Source: Lama glama (taxonomy: Eukaryota). Taken from it: a stretch of 64,000 nt of DNA. Where the stretch lies: assembly GCA_028534125.1 (NCBI GenBank), contig CM052816.1, forward strand, positions 186,001 to 250,000, given 5' to 3'. Below are positions 13,425 through 26,390 of this stretch, one piece after another (position 1 is the first letter of the stretch; the number at the start of each line of letters is the position of its first letter). The position numbers and the translations under genes are program-made. The notes under the pieces were generated by a model that was not told the DNA's origin, made no database searches, and saw only the letters and a list, made by a program, of their open reading frames with translations.

Positions 13425-13700
13425 GTGTTAGTTAGCTTTTGGTGAAGAGCAAATTGTCACAAAACATCATAGTTTAGACAATAATAACCGTATGTCATAC
13501 ATCCCAACATCTGCACACTGAAGTCCAGCAGCCCAATAGGCAGGGCTGGTCTCCGTGCCTCGGCTGGGTCCTCTGACATGTCTGGTAGCTGATGCTGCCA
13601 TCAGCAGGAACACCCACAAGTGGTCTTTACACGTGGCCTGGGCTCCCTTAAATATGGTGGCTGAGCCCCTCTGGAGAGTAGGGAGGAAAGGAGGGAGAGA
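13425..13700 (-). mobile_element. Old MaLR LTR fragment
   Basis: tgttagttagctttt...caaatt..cacaaaacat..tagttta opening and gggctccctta..atatggtggctg block. Confidence 0.45.
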
Positions 13701-13719
13701 GAGAGAGAAAGTGGGAGAG

Positions 13720-16690
13720 AGGCTTCTTTCACTGAGCGTCAAGTTTTCAAGATGTATCCATCTGTAGCATACTTTAATGCTTTATTCTTTTTTATGGCTG
13801 TATTATATTCCATTGTATTGATGGATCACACTTTGCTTATTCAGTCATCTGTTGATGGGCCCTTGGGTTGTCTCGTACTTTTTGGCTGTTGCGAATAATG
13901 CTGCTGTGAGCATTTTTGTACAAGTATTTGATTGAGTACCTGTTTTCAGTTGTTCTGAGTATATTCCTAGAAGTGGAATTGCTCAATCATATGGTAATTC
14001 TATATTATGAGGAACCACGAAACTGGTTTCCACAGAAGCTTCATTTTACATTCCCACCAGCAACACAGGGTTCCAGTTTCTCCACATCCTTGCCAGTGTT
14101 TGTTATCCTCTGTCTTTTTCCCTTTAGCCACATCCCAGTGGGTGTGAAGTGATATGTCATGATTTTTATTTGCACACTGCTGGCTGATGATGTTGAGCAA
14201 CTTTTAATCAGCTCATTGGACATCTAAATGTCTTCTTTGGAGAAATGTCTATGCACGTCCTTGACCCACTTTTTAACTGAGTTGTTTGTCTTTTTGTTGT
14301 CAAGTTGTCAGAGTTCTTTTTGTATTCTAGACACTAGACACTTATCAGATACACAGTTTTCAAATACTTCCTCCCTTGAATAGATTGTCTTTTCATTTTT
14401 GTGACAGTGTTCTTTGATGTACAGAAGTTTTAAATTTTGATGAAGTTCAACTTGCCTATTTAGATGTCATATGAAGTAAGCATTGCTTAATCTAAGATTT
14501 CAAAGATTTACACCTATGTTTTCTTCTAAGAGTTTTATAGTTTTACCTCTTACATTTAGGCCTTTGATCTACTTTTAGTTAATTTTTGTATATGGTATGA
14601 GGTAAGGGTCCAGCTTTTACATGAGGAAAACCAGCTATTTCAGTACCATCTGTTGAAATCTTTCCCTCATTGAATGGTCTTAGTGCCCTTTTAAGAAATC
14701 AGTTGTCCATGGATGTCTGGGTTTATTTCTGTACTTTCAATTCCATTCCATTAGTCTATGTGTCTGTCGTTCTGCTGGTATCACACTGTTTTGATTTCTG
14801 TAGCTTTGTAGTATGTTTTAAAGTTAGGTAGTGTAAGTCCTTCAACTTTATTTTTCTTTTCCAAGACTGCTTTGGCTTTTTTAAGATCTCTTACAACTCC
14901 GTATGAATTTTAGGATCAGTTTTTCCATTTCTGCAAAAAAAAAAAAGCTGTTGGGATTTTGATGGAGATTGCATTGAACCTGTAGATTACTTTAGGAATT
15001 ATTGCCATCTTAACAATATTAAGTCTTCCAATCCATGAACATGGGATGTCTTCCATTTATTTAGGTCTTCCTTAATTTTTTTTCAGCAGTGTTTTGTAGT
15101 TCCTAGTGAATAAGTCTTGTACATCTTTGGTTAACGCATTCCTAAGTATTTTATTCTTTTTGATGATGTTATAAATGAAATTGTTTTCTCTTCAGATTAT
15201 TCATTGATTTTATATAGAAGTATAATTGATTTTTGTGTTTTGATCCTGTGTCCAGCAACTTTGCTTAATGTTTTCACTAGTTCCAAGAGTTTTTTGTGGA
15301 TTCTTTAGGATTTTCCATAAATGTCATCTATGAATAGAAACACTTTTGATTCTTGCTTTCCATTTGGATGCATTTTATTTCTCTTTCTTCTGGCTAGCAC
15401 TTCTAGTACTATTTTGAATAGAAGAAATGAGAGTGGACACTCTTGTCTTTTGCTTGATCCTAGGGGGAACACTTCAGTCTTTCACTATTGAGTATATGAT
15501 GTTAGCTATGGGTTTTTCATAACTGCCCTTTATCAAGCTGAGGAAATCTAGTCTGTAGAGTGGTTTTTATCATGAAAAGAGTGTTGGATTATATCAGATG
15601 TTTTTTCTGCATCAATGATGATGATCATGTGGTTTTGCCTTCATTCTATTAACGTGACATAGTATCATTGGTTGATTTTCTTACAGTGAACACCCTTGCA
15701 TTCTTGGGATAAATCCCCTTGGTCACTACAAGCCTTTTAATATGCTAGAGGATTTGGTTTGCAAGTGTTTTGTTGAGGATTTCTGCATCAGCATTTATAA
15801 TGGATCAATATCTATAGTTCCTTTTCTTGTGACGTCTGTGTCTGGTTTTGGTATGGGGGCAAAGCCCGCCTCATAGAATGAGGTAGGAATTGTTCCCTCC
15901 TCTTCTATTTTTTGTAAGAGTTTGAGAATGGTGGGTGTTGACTCCACTTTAAATGTTTGGCAGAATTCACCAGTGAAGGTCTTCTTTGTTGGGAGATTTG
16001 AAATTTCTGATTCAATCTCTTCCCTTTTTATAGGTCTGCTCAGATTTTCTATTTCTTCTTGAGTCCGTTTTGGTAGTTTGTGTGTTTCTAAGAATTTCTC
16101 CATTTCATCTAGGTTAGTCCTTCATTTCTGAAAGACAGTTTTGTCAGATGTAGAATTCTTGGTTGACAGTGTTTTTCTTTCAGCACTTTAAATATGATTT
16201 CCCACTGCCTTCTGGTCTCTGGTTTCCAATAAGAAACTGGCTCTTAGTCTTATTAAGGATCCTTTGTACATGATGAATCACTTCTTTCTTGTTACTTTCA
16301 AGATCCTCTCTTTGTCTCTATCTTTTGATAGTTTGATTAAAATGTCTCAATTTGGATCTATGTTTATCCAACTTGAAGTTTATTGAGCTTCTTGAAAGTA
16401 TCTTGAATTTTCAAGATTTTTAAAAATCAAATTTGGAACTTCGGGGCTATGATTTCTTTACATATATTCTCTCTGTCCCTTTATCTATCCTGTCCTTCTG
16501 GGGCTCTCACAATGTGTTGCTACGTTTGATGGTGTTTCACAGGTCTGTTCATTTGTCTTTATTCCTTTTCTCCCTGCTCCTCAGACTGCATAATTCCAAC
16601 TGAACTATCTTCAGAGTCACTGATTCTTTCTTCTACCTGCTCAACTCTGCTGTTGAAAACTTATAGTGAACATTTTATTTCCATTACTGT
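13720..16690 (-). mobile_element. Degenerate LINE-1 (L1M), ORF2 with a more 5' segment
   Basis: T-rich block. Minus-strand ORF remnants match L1 ORF2: 15795-16103 MEKFLETHKLPKRTQEEIENLSRPI...FTGEFCQTFK...FYEA..IPKP, and 14000-14200 GCGETGTLCCWWECK. Many stops and frameshifts. Confidence 0.9.
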
Positions 16691-17014
16691 CCTTTGAGGG
16701 TAGGTGGGGCCTGATAGTGTTTGTTCAAGTGGTCAGGGCTCCCCAACATCAGGCAGTCATGGTCATGCCCCTCCAGGTTGGCCTGTGTTCTCTAGAAGCA
16801 GGAAGGGGCCAGGGGAGAGTCATGCCCTGTGACCTTGACTAGCAGGTCAGCTCACTTCCTGGAGCATTAGCGTCTCCATCTATAAAATGGAAGAATAATT
16901 GCCACTCAGCCAACTTTACAGAGCTGCTGGCTGGGGTAATTACACAGCAGCTCCTGCGGGGATGGCCGCTGCCATGCGTGGGAGAAGTTAGGACCACAAG
17001 GTGATGTGCACATT

Positions 17015-17255
17015 GAGTGTGTGTGGGCATATGTGTGTGAGTGTGTGCAAGTGTGTGTGTGTGTGCATGCATGCCCATGTGTGTGACTGTGTATGATACA
17101 TGGGCACGTGGGGTCATGTGTGTGCATCTGTGTGTGTGGGCATGTGTGTGTGCATGTGTGCATGTCTTCACACACCTGTGTGTTCACATGTGCCTGCCTA
17201 TGTTTTCATGTTGATGTGTGTGGTGTGCACATATACGTATGTACGTTTGTGTGGT
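17015..17255. repeat. Imperfect (TG)n/(CATGTG) low-complexity tract
   Basis: Alternating purine-pyrimidine sequence visible directly. Confidence 0.9.
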
Positions 17256-17554
17256 GCAGTTGCCACCCGTACAGGTCCCATGCTGTGCCATGGTCAGTGG
17301 TGGTGTGGGGCAGGGAGATATGTTCATTATTTGCACAATGACCAGGAGGGCCCAGACAGGCTCATGGTGCTGTCTGGGTTCCTGAGTCTAGAGCCTGATG
17401 GGGGTGTCTAGGGTTCCCACTCCCCCAGGTAAGAAGTAATGTCAGGGATTTGGGGAGAAGGCAGAAGCCAGTCTCACCTGAGGAGGCTGCCATCTTGGTG
17501 GTGGAGGATGTCTCTGTCTGGTGGGGGTCTGGCTCCACCTGGAAGCCAGAGAAG

Positions 17555-18320
17555 GAAATGTGGGCTTATTTCTGGGCTCTGTTCTACCCCATTGGTTCAT
17601 TAATCTGTCCCATGCCCAGGTCACACTGTCTTGATTACTTTGGCCCTGAAGTAAGTTTTAAAACTAGTAAGTGTGAGTCCTCCGACTTTGTTTCACTTTT
17701 CCAAGCTTGTTTTAGCTATTTGAGACCCCTCACTCTCCCGGATAGATTTTGGAATCAGTTCATCAACTTCTGCAAAAAAGCTTGATTTTTTAGGGATTGC
17801 ACTGAATCTGCAGAGCACTTTGAGGAATATTGCCGTCCGAACAATTTTAAGTCTTCTGATCCATGAACATTGGATGTCTTTCAGTATATTTAGGTCCTCA
17901 ACGTCTATCAATAATGTTTTGCAATTTTCAGCATACAAATCTTATATTTCTTTTGTTAGATTTATTCCTAGGCATGTTTTCTTTTTGATGCTATTATAAG
18001 TGGAATAATTTTCTTAATCTCATTTTTGCATTGTTCATTGCTGGTGTATAACAACACAATTGATTTTCAAATACTGATCTCATACTCTGTAACCTTACTG
18101 AAAGTTTATCAATTCTAATAGATGTTTCATGCATTCTTTAAGATTTTCATGTCATTTGCTAATAGAGACAGTTTTACTTCTTCTCTCCAATCTGAACATC
18201 CTTTATTTTTTTTTTTTTGCTTGCTTAGTTGCCCTGGCTGGAGCCTACAGGACAATGTAGAATAGCAGTGAGCAGAGCAGGTGCCCTTGATTTCCTCCTG
18301 ATGTTAGAGGAACATCTTTC
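17555..18320 (-). mobile_element. LINE-1 ORF2 fragment
   Basis: ORF 17693-17938 (-) YAENCKTLL...KDIQCSWIRRLKIVRTAIFLK..RFSAIP is L1 ORF2-like. Confidence 0.85.
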
Positions 18321-18989
18321 AGGGCCCATGCTGTTCTTAAATTTTAAAGATCTAGGTGTGAGGATCATCCTTCACAAAAATAAATAGATTAAAAGAGAGA
18401 GTTTTGATATAATGTCTCTCTCAATTCTTTGAATTTTGTCTGAGTTATATGTGCCAAAAATCACACAAGGATCTACTATCAAAAAGTTTTTAAAGTTTGT
18501 CAGCTCATCATTCAACTGGGTCCTCCTTCATTCTGTGGAAGCAAGAAATTGGAAACACCTGATATGCATAGGACTTGGTGGCCTAATCTTTATAGATGAC
18601 CCCTGGGATAGACATATACCAAGAAGACTGGGAGTTTCTTCATGGGTCAGTTGGGATATGGGGGGTCCTGGCAGGAGAGGTGGGGGGAGAAGCAAGGATG
18701 AAGGCAAGGATGCCAGCAAGGATGCCTTGGAAGTACCTGTGCTGTTCTAAGTGTCCTGCTCTGTTTCTGTGCACCTCTAGGGATACTTGGTCCCGCCCTG
18801 GAGACCTTTGGGGCACAGCAGGTACACACAGCAGGCACAGATGGCAGACCCAAGGTGTGCTCTGGCACAGGATGGGCACTTTATAAGGATGTGCTGAGTG
18901 AGTGACAGAGGGATGAGCACATATGCCTGAGAGTGCCCATGTGAGTGGGCTTCCCTGGGGAGGGTCTTAAAGGGTTTTCTCTCTTTCTT

Positions 18990-19115
18990 TAAAACATGTA
19001 TACAGTGCTTTGGGGCTGTGTGTTAAGTGTTTTACACACAGCATCAAATCACATCCTAACAACCCATCCAATAGCCAGCACTATGGTTACAAGTAAGGAA
19101 ACTGAGGCACAAGAA
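18990..19115 (-). mobile_element. MIR SINE fragment
   Basis: gtgttaagtgttttaca...aatc...acaacc...ttacaagtaaggaaactgaggcaca core. Confidence 0.6.
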
Positions 19116-20020
19116 AGGGGCCAGACCAGGACTCCTGAGGGTGTGCCAGCCTGTGTATTGGTCTGTAGGGGCTCTCCAGGGGACAGCAGTCCCTACAGGT
19201 GCCCAGGGCCTGCCCCAAGGAGCAGACAAGCCACTAGATTCTGGGCTGGGGGCCCAGGGAGTTCCCCCTCCTCCTCTGCACTCCATCACTTCCTCGAAAG
19301 CCTCTCAGGTGGAGTCCAGACACCAGCAGGCCTCTGGGACCCTCATGTGGCCTTGGTGTCCCAGCCTCCCTCTCCCCGCATGCCCACCCTTCCTGTGTCC
19401 ACTCTCCCCCATGTCCTCCCTTCATGTCTGCTCCCCTATGTCCATGCTCCTTCCTCTGCCCTTTGCTCCCTCTGCCCCCAACACCCCTGCCTGGTCTCTC
19501 TCCCTCCCTCTTCCCTTTTCAGCTGAATGAAAGTCATCTCAGCTCCCCCACGTCCTCACCACTTGGTCTAATGGGAAAGAGGAAGCCCCTTCTCCCCCCT
19601 CACTTGCCACGGGGCTGAGAAATGGCCGGATTCATTGTGGCGCAGAGCTGAATGGCCCGGGAGGATGGAGCCTGCCAGGTGCCCCAGAGAGAGGCCAGCT
19701 CTGCGAGGTCATTGTGGAGGCCCCTGCCTGCCCACCGGGCCACACTCGCAGTAATCAATCTGATTGGATTAGGGTCAGGGCGACCCTAATCGTGTCAGAG
19801 GTCACTCAGGCTTTGTGGCAGGGCCCATGGGGTGCTTGGCCACCCCTGCTGAGGCGGCCTAGTTGAACAGAGCTTAACGCCGCCCGGCCAGCTGAGGAAA
19901 GGGGCCCAGCCCTGTGTGGACGTGTGCAAGCATGTGCGTGTGTGAGCACGTGTTGGGGTAGGGGTAGGGGGATGTGAGGGAGGATGTGGGGAAAAGAGCT
20001 CATACCTCCTACTTCCAGCT

Positions 20021-20049
20021 CACACACACACACACACACATACACACAC
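20021..20049. repeat. (CA)n microsatellite
   Basis: Visible directly. Confidence 0.9.
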
Positions 20050-23000
20050 GTGTACCGCCATCTGCCTGGCCTGGGGCTGGGGACTGGGTTGGCCACGTGG
20101 ACCCCTGAGAAGCTGTCAGCAAGGAATATGGGGTTGGGTGACAGAGGCGAGCCCAGGCTCAGAAGAAGTACCACTCTTTCTTCCCGTGGCAGCAGGACCA
20201 TTAACCTGCCTTGGGCAGAAAGCATTTGAGGAATTTTGAGTGCATAAAGGCTGGCACAGGATTGCAGCTTATCTGTCCCTCCAGGCCGGCCGCTGGACAC
20301 CTGGAGCGCCTGCTTTCCCTGAGAGCTGGCCGATACCCACTCTTAACCCCGGATGAGGTGAAGGGGTGGGGAGGCCAAAAGGCAAGGAAGGCAGGTCCCA
20401 GAGCTCAGTGCCTCAGCAGACGGGCCTGGAGGAAGCCCAGCCAGGACCACGCCCCTGGGGAAGCACAGAGGGCACAGCAATCCAAGGTCCGGGCTGGTGG
20501 GTTTGTGGATGGCACATGACTTTGCGGGGACCTGGGTCTCAGCTGGATGGGGCATTTGCACCTTAGAGAAACGGAAGCGGCCAGAAGGGGGTGAGTCAAC
20601 CACAGAGGGGAGCAAGGACCTTGATGCTTCTCCTGTTGGTGCCCCCAGCTTCATCATCAGTGACCCCTAGACACGGCCTCAGCCTGTATCCATCGCTATT
20701 TTAGTGCCCTCGGTACAGGCAGAGCCAGGAGCTCTGGGCCACAGTGGCTTCCCTAATGAGGAGACTGGGGGAGCCACCCAGCCCTGCCTCTGATTCCAGC
20801 ACGTGTGCCTCCAAGGCTCCTTAGGGGTCTCAGGCCCTGGAGGACACAGGGCCTGCCCATCTGCACCCCAGGCGAGCATTCCCAGTGGTTCCCAGTGGCA
20901 AAGGGGGCCTAGTTGCTGGTAGAGGTGGGCTGACCCTTGCTGTGGTGTCTGCACCTGGACCTTGCCCACAGGGTGGCTGAGTTTGGGGCCCTGGCTGACC
21001 CCCTCAAAGCATGTCATGCCATAGTCCTGGTTGGTTACCCTGGGGCAGGGTCTGTGGGTGCCAGCTGAGGTCTCAGCAGGATGAGCACCTGCCCTGTCCC
21101 CCTAGACGGTGCTCATCCCCTTGCAACCTCCTGCCCGTGCCCCCGGACAGCCCTGGGACAAGCACGTGCATCTGCCTGCCTTCTTCCCCCGTTCTCCATG
21201 GGGGGATGGGCTGGGGGGAGCAGGTGGGGCACAGCGCAGGGTGTCCCCTCCCCGGCAGAACCCCTTCCCTTGGCCGGGCTCCAGGGGGTGGTCTGTCCGC
21301 CTCCCTGTGTGTCCGGCCTGGTCTGCGGAGGGCCAGCATGCAGGCACGGGGCTGGGGCAGGGCAGTCAGGACGACACAAGCCTCAGGGCTTAGGAGGGGT
21401 CAAAGAGAAGCAGGGGCCCTTGAGGGAACCCGCATCCCCGAATCCAGGTTGCAACCCCTGACCCCCATCGGAAAGTGTTTCGGTTCACGGTGGCTGGGGG
21501 GCTCCAACTGTCTCTGCGGCCTCCCCCGTATATCATTAACTCTTCCCAGTTGGGGAGGTGTGTAAAGGGGCCAGGAGAGACCCTGGCGACACCCTGCCGT
21601 GCCCGGCTCAGAAAACAATGTCCCTGCTACGACGACAAGATTAAGCACAAGAGAAAAGTGAAAATGCTGCTGGCGATTCACACGCCCTCGGGAGTGCTGT
21701 GTTAAAGCGTGTGAATAGTGAGCTCCCCTCGCGCCCCAGGCCCCTGGGCCGTGCATACCTCCCGGTTGCTATGACTGGCTTGCTATGGCCTAATCGCCGA
21801 CGAGGGGGAAATTCATATAAAATATCGCAGGCCATTGTGGGCCTAACGCGGCGTGACAGTGGCTCACAAAGCCAGATTCATTAGCCCCAGCAGGTAATCA
21901 GGACGCCGGCCGTGCTGGCGGCCGGGCAGTGTCAGGGGCCGCAGCGACAGTGGGGCGCAAGCCGCATTCCGCTCTCAGGTGGCTCCATCCTTTGTGCAGG
22001 ACGGGCCAACAGGATTACCAAATACCATTGCCCATTGCGACACCCCCTCCTGGCCGCCCCGCTAGCTCTGAGACCCGGGAAGGTGGGCTGTGTGGGAGAG
22101 GGGGAAGTTGCTGGCTGGGGGCTCTGGCTGGTCTTCCATCTGTCCCTCCTTCATGTTGGGCATTGGTAGGGAGACGAAGTGCCAACCCCGAGCGCTCTAC
22201 AGTCTCCCTTGAGGCCTCCGTGGGCTACGGGGGCAGACTCAGGGCGTTTGTGACCTCTCTGCACCTGCGCAGGTGCTGCAGGAGCCGCTTGTCTGCTTTG
22301 TGAGGTGGCAGCCATCCCTGGACCTGCCTCTCTGCATCCTCTCCCTCTTACAGCCCCTCACCTGTCAGGTGGGCAGACACCCCAGGCCTGGCTCAGGGAG
22401 GCCGTGTGGTGCCTGAGAGGGAGCCACAGCTGCTGCCCCGGAGTGTGCGCTCGGGATCAGACACGTGTGAGGGCACTGCGTTCTTGCTGCGTCCCACCAG
22501 TGGTGTTCTGTGAGCAGGTGGGAGCAGAGAGACGCCCCTCAGAGGTCCCCATGGAGCTCAGTGCCCGCAGGAGCCATTTGCTCTGCCCCGGCCTCTCTAA
22601 AGGCCCATCGAACTGTGAGCACCAGCATCTGCCACGAGGAACTCCTTACCAGGAACATTAGTGGGAGGACTCACAAAGGGGCCTAAGCTGAGTGGGAAGC
22701 AAGGCTGTGGGATGGGGGATCTGCCCCACACACCTGACAATGGAGAAGCTTCCCTGCAAGGTAGTGAAGCGGTGGGGCTGGGGCTAGGGTGCAGGACTCC
22801 CCACCCCGGGCGGGTGATTGTGGTTGCAGCCGTGGTCCTAGATGGGTTGGAGGGGGCGCTCCATGGAGGCAGAAGGGCCTGTCTCATGGCTACACCCGCT
22901 CTGCTGACCAACCTCAGTGCCAAGGCAGGAGATTTGGCCCCAAGGTCAACAGTATCCAAGGAAGAGGTGGAGCCTTGGGTCTCAAAGAGCCACAGGGGAG

Positions 23001-24744
23001 GCACACCCAGGTGAGGGAGGGCTGTCAGTCAGGCCAGAAGTCAGCCAGGAGGAGGCTCTGACAGGCAGGTCCTACAAGGAGGAGGTCACACCGCACCCTG
23101 CCCCAGGCTGAGTCCCAGATGACAGCAGCTAGGCCCCCGGGTCCCAGTCTCTGGGGACAGGGGGCCTCACTTCACACAGGGGCCAGGACAGAGTTTCACA
23201 GTCCGCTGTGGGAGCCCGGGGCAGGAGGACTATGTGAGGCCCTCCATGTTAGCCCCCTCCACGTCCCTCTGAAGGGGGGGTGTATCAGAGACCACCCTCC
23301 TCCCCAAAGTGAACTTCTCCCCTCTCCCTGCGGGAGCCTGTCCCTGGGCCTCCCTCCCACATGCCTCCTGGGTCTGGCCACCTTCCAGAGGAGGGGGGCT
23401 TAGGGATCTAAGACCTGGGAGCCTGGGGGTTCAGCATCAGAACCACCAGGGAACCCTTTACAGATATAGCGGCCCCCCCACCCCAAAACTGTGGCCCTGG
23501 GTGGGTTTGCAGTGACCACTGCTGGGGCAGCCCCCGACACCAGGTTACCTGAAGAGCTTCCCAAAGGATCCATCTGGGCGGACCCGACAGACAGAACGTC
23601 TCGGGAGCTTGATCTCATTGGTCAGTGGTCGTATCTGAACCACAGTTCCCTTCCAGGAACTTCCACTGCCCGGGGTCACACTCATTCCTCAGAAAAGCGC
23701 TCAGTGCCCCCTTAGGCCAATGGGCTTGTCCCAGGAGCCTTGGATCAGCTCCTCCTTCTCATCCAGCGTCAGCCCCCCACAGCCTTCCCTCCCAGGAAAG
23801 GACAAATAGGCCTCTCCCTCTTCCCCGTGGCGGGGAGGTGTGGGACCCAGCAGGGCAGATGGGCGCTCCACCACCTGAAAGCAGCAACTGTGGGAACAGT
23901 CTGGTGGCTGCGGGACCCCCTGCTGGGGGTGTAGGTGCCTCTCCTACAACACCCTGTCTGGACTCAGCTCTTGCTGCTGGGCAGCCGGGGCCTGGGGCTG
24001 ACATTCTGAGCCTCCGCACGTCTCTGGGGCTGAGCGGACCCATAGCGGCAGCTCAGCAGAGAGGAGCTCCCCTCCTTCTGTCTGGGCCAGTTCTCTCAGC
24101 AGTGAAAAAAGGATTCGCGGGGCCCAGGACAGGACGGCCTCCAGGCAGTACTCTCCTGTCAACCCCTGATGAAATGGCCCCCTGGGTGATGTCCCTGAGG
24201 GAAGGCCAGCCCTGGGACAGAGGCTTCAGCCTTCTTGTCCACTTAGAACAGAGCCAGTGCTCAGTAAATCATTGCAAACCACTAGCTTCGTGGTGAAATG
24301 TCAAAGATGAGGTCCTTGGAAGGATTTTTTTCTTAACTTTCTTTGGCATACAGGACTTTGGAAATGTGTACTTGTTTAATGTTAAAAGGTCCTTTTCTGA
24401 AATTGTGATGGTCCTTTCTTGTCTGTCTTATTCTCTCAAAAAAGTAACAACATTTTGTAGTCCCATTTCCGTCCCCACATGATCTCCATACTTGCCAAGC
24501 CCATAAAATACAAATCTGGAAACAAGATTTGTTAAGATCCCTCTGATTCTAAAATTCGGAGACCCAGAGAGGTGAAGTAACTACCAAAGCCTGTCTCACA
24601 TGTGACGCTCAGCCTCTTCACTAGGGCTGCTCTGGCCTCAGCAGCAATGGATCCTTGCCAGGCACCTCTCCCTGCCTGCCTCCAAATGCCCAGCTGTTGC
24701 TAAATACTACTCCTCACTTGCCCCAGACTCTACCTCTATCTCTA

Positions 24745-25027
24745 CCCATCCATCCACCCACCCACCCACCCATCCACCCATTCATCCATCCATCCATCCA
24801 TCCACCCACCCACCCACCCATCTACCCATCCAACCATTCATCCATCCATCCATCCATCCACCCATTCATCCATCTATCCACCCACCCACCCACCCACCCT
24901 TCTATCTATCCAACCATTCATCCATCCATCCATCCATCCATCCAACCATTCAGCCATCCATCCGTCCGACCATTCATCCACTCACCCATCCACCCACTCT
25001 CCACCATTCACCATTCATCCATCCATC
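24745..25027. repeat. Imperfect (CCAT/CCAC)n tetranucleotide repeat
   Basis: Visible directly. It produces the HPSIHP pseudo-ORF at 24655-25179. Confidence 0.95.
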
Positions 25028-25456
25028 CCAGGCCTGACCCAGAGCTCATGTTGCCAAGCCTGCTGTGTGTCCATGTTCCCCCTATTCTCATCCCCATGAT
25101 CTATAAGTTCCCAAAGGCAGGTGACTCAGCACAGCCCAAAGCAAAGAACCTGATTTGCAACAGCAGAGCCTCCCATTAAAGGAATGCAAGGATTCCTCTG
25201 GTTCATCCTCCTTCACAGTGCAGGGATTTCTTCCACCTAACAGTGGGTCACACAGTTTATGCTTAATTATCACCAGCATGGGGAGCTCCTTCAACTGTCA
25301 GAAAGCCTGAGTTGTTAGAAATTTCATCAGATAAAGCAGCAATCCACTGTCTTGCAGATTTCTTACCTTGGTTCTTGAGAATGGGCACCTTGCCTCTTAC
25401 TTATCTTTTATTCTTAGTTGTGAGCCTAATGTGGTACTCATAGACTCTCAGGTCCT

Positions 25457-25575
25457 GAATGGATGGGTGGATGCACTGGTGGATGGATGGATAGATAGAT
25501 GGTGGATAGATGGTAGATGGATGATGGGTGGGTGGGTAAGTGGATTGAATGGATGAATATTTGGTAGATGGATGA
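25457..25575. repeat. Imperfect (TGGA)n repeat
   Basis: Visible directly; may derive from an L2 tail. Confidence 0.9.
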
Positions 25576-26184
25576 AAAGAAGGCTAGATCATTGGCACTT
25601 AGCATTGACTCAATAAATAATTGCTAATGAGACAACATCAGGTTTCTGGGGAAGATTATTTTCCTGCTAGAAGATGCTTTTCTTACACGAGATTGCCTTT
25701 CTTCTTCCTTTTTCCAACCCCTGATCACAGTGTGGGAATAAGAGTCTCCTGGGCTGGAACAGAGCAAGCTAGAGGATGTTCAAAATGTTCATGCAGGCTC
25801 TACCCCAGCAACTTGGCAAACTGGCACCATTGGTCCTTAAGCACCCCTCCCATAGCCTACACCCACTCCTCCTATCTTGACCTCTCGCAGCCCATTCAAA
25901 AGAAGGGATTTTGCTGGTGACAGAGATATTTCCAGTCTCACCTCCAAGATGTAATTCCCTTCCCAAGGGCAGGGTGGTTCCCCGTTTCCCTCCTTAGCTG
26001 CCTCTGTTGCATAAACAGAAGCCGAAAACTCTAGAAAGCTGCTGTCTGTGGCTAAAAACTTCGCTGTAATTGGGGCAGCTGCTGGGCTTCAGGCCCTGGT
26101 ATGAGTCCTGGCTGTGCCCTCCCCACCCACGACCTCAGAGGAGCCCTGTCTCCCTTCCTTTGTAAGCTGAGGCTACTCCAGGCC

Positions 26185-26266
26185 GTTGGTCATGACCTTC
26201 TTGGTTCAAACCCCTGTGGAACTCTGATAAGAGCAATGGATCCTCTATTCAAAAAAAACAAAAAAC

Positions 26267-26301
<35 letters not shown>

Positions 26302-26390
26302 GTTTTCAGGCATGCCCTGGCATCCCTGCTCATGATTTGAGAGGGTTGTGAACCCCCAGAAGCCTACCCGTGGATTCCTGAGTTAACCCC
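26185..26390. mobile_element. hAT-Charlie MITE (MER103-like) containing an A-run and (CA)n
   Basis: aacccctgtggaactctgataagagcaatggatcctct motif; (CA)n at about 26270-26300. Confidence 0.45.

Noticed and set aside
24655..25179. His/Pro-rich ORF
   Set aside because: Translation of the (CCAT)n microsatellite.
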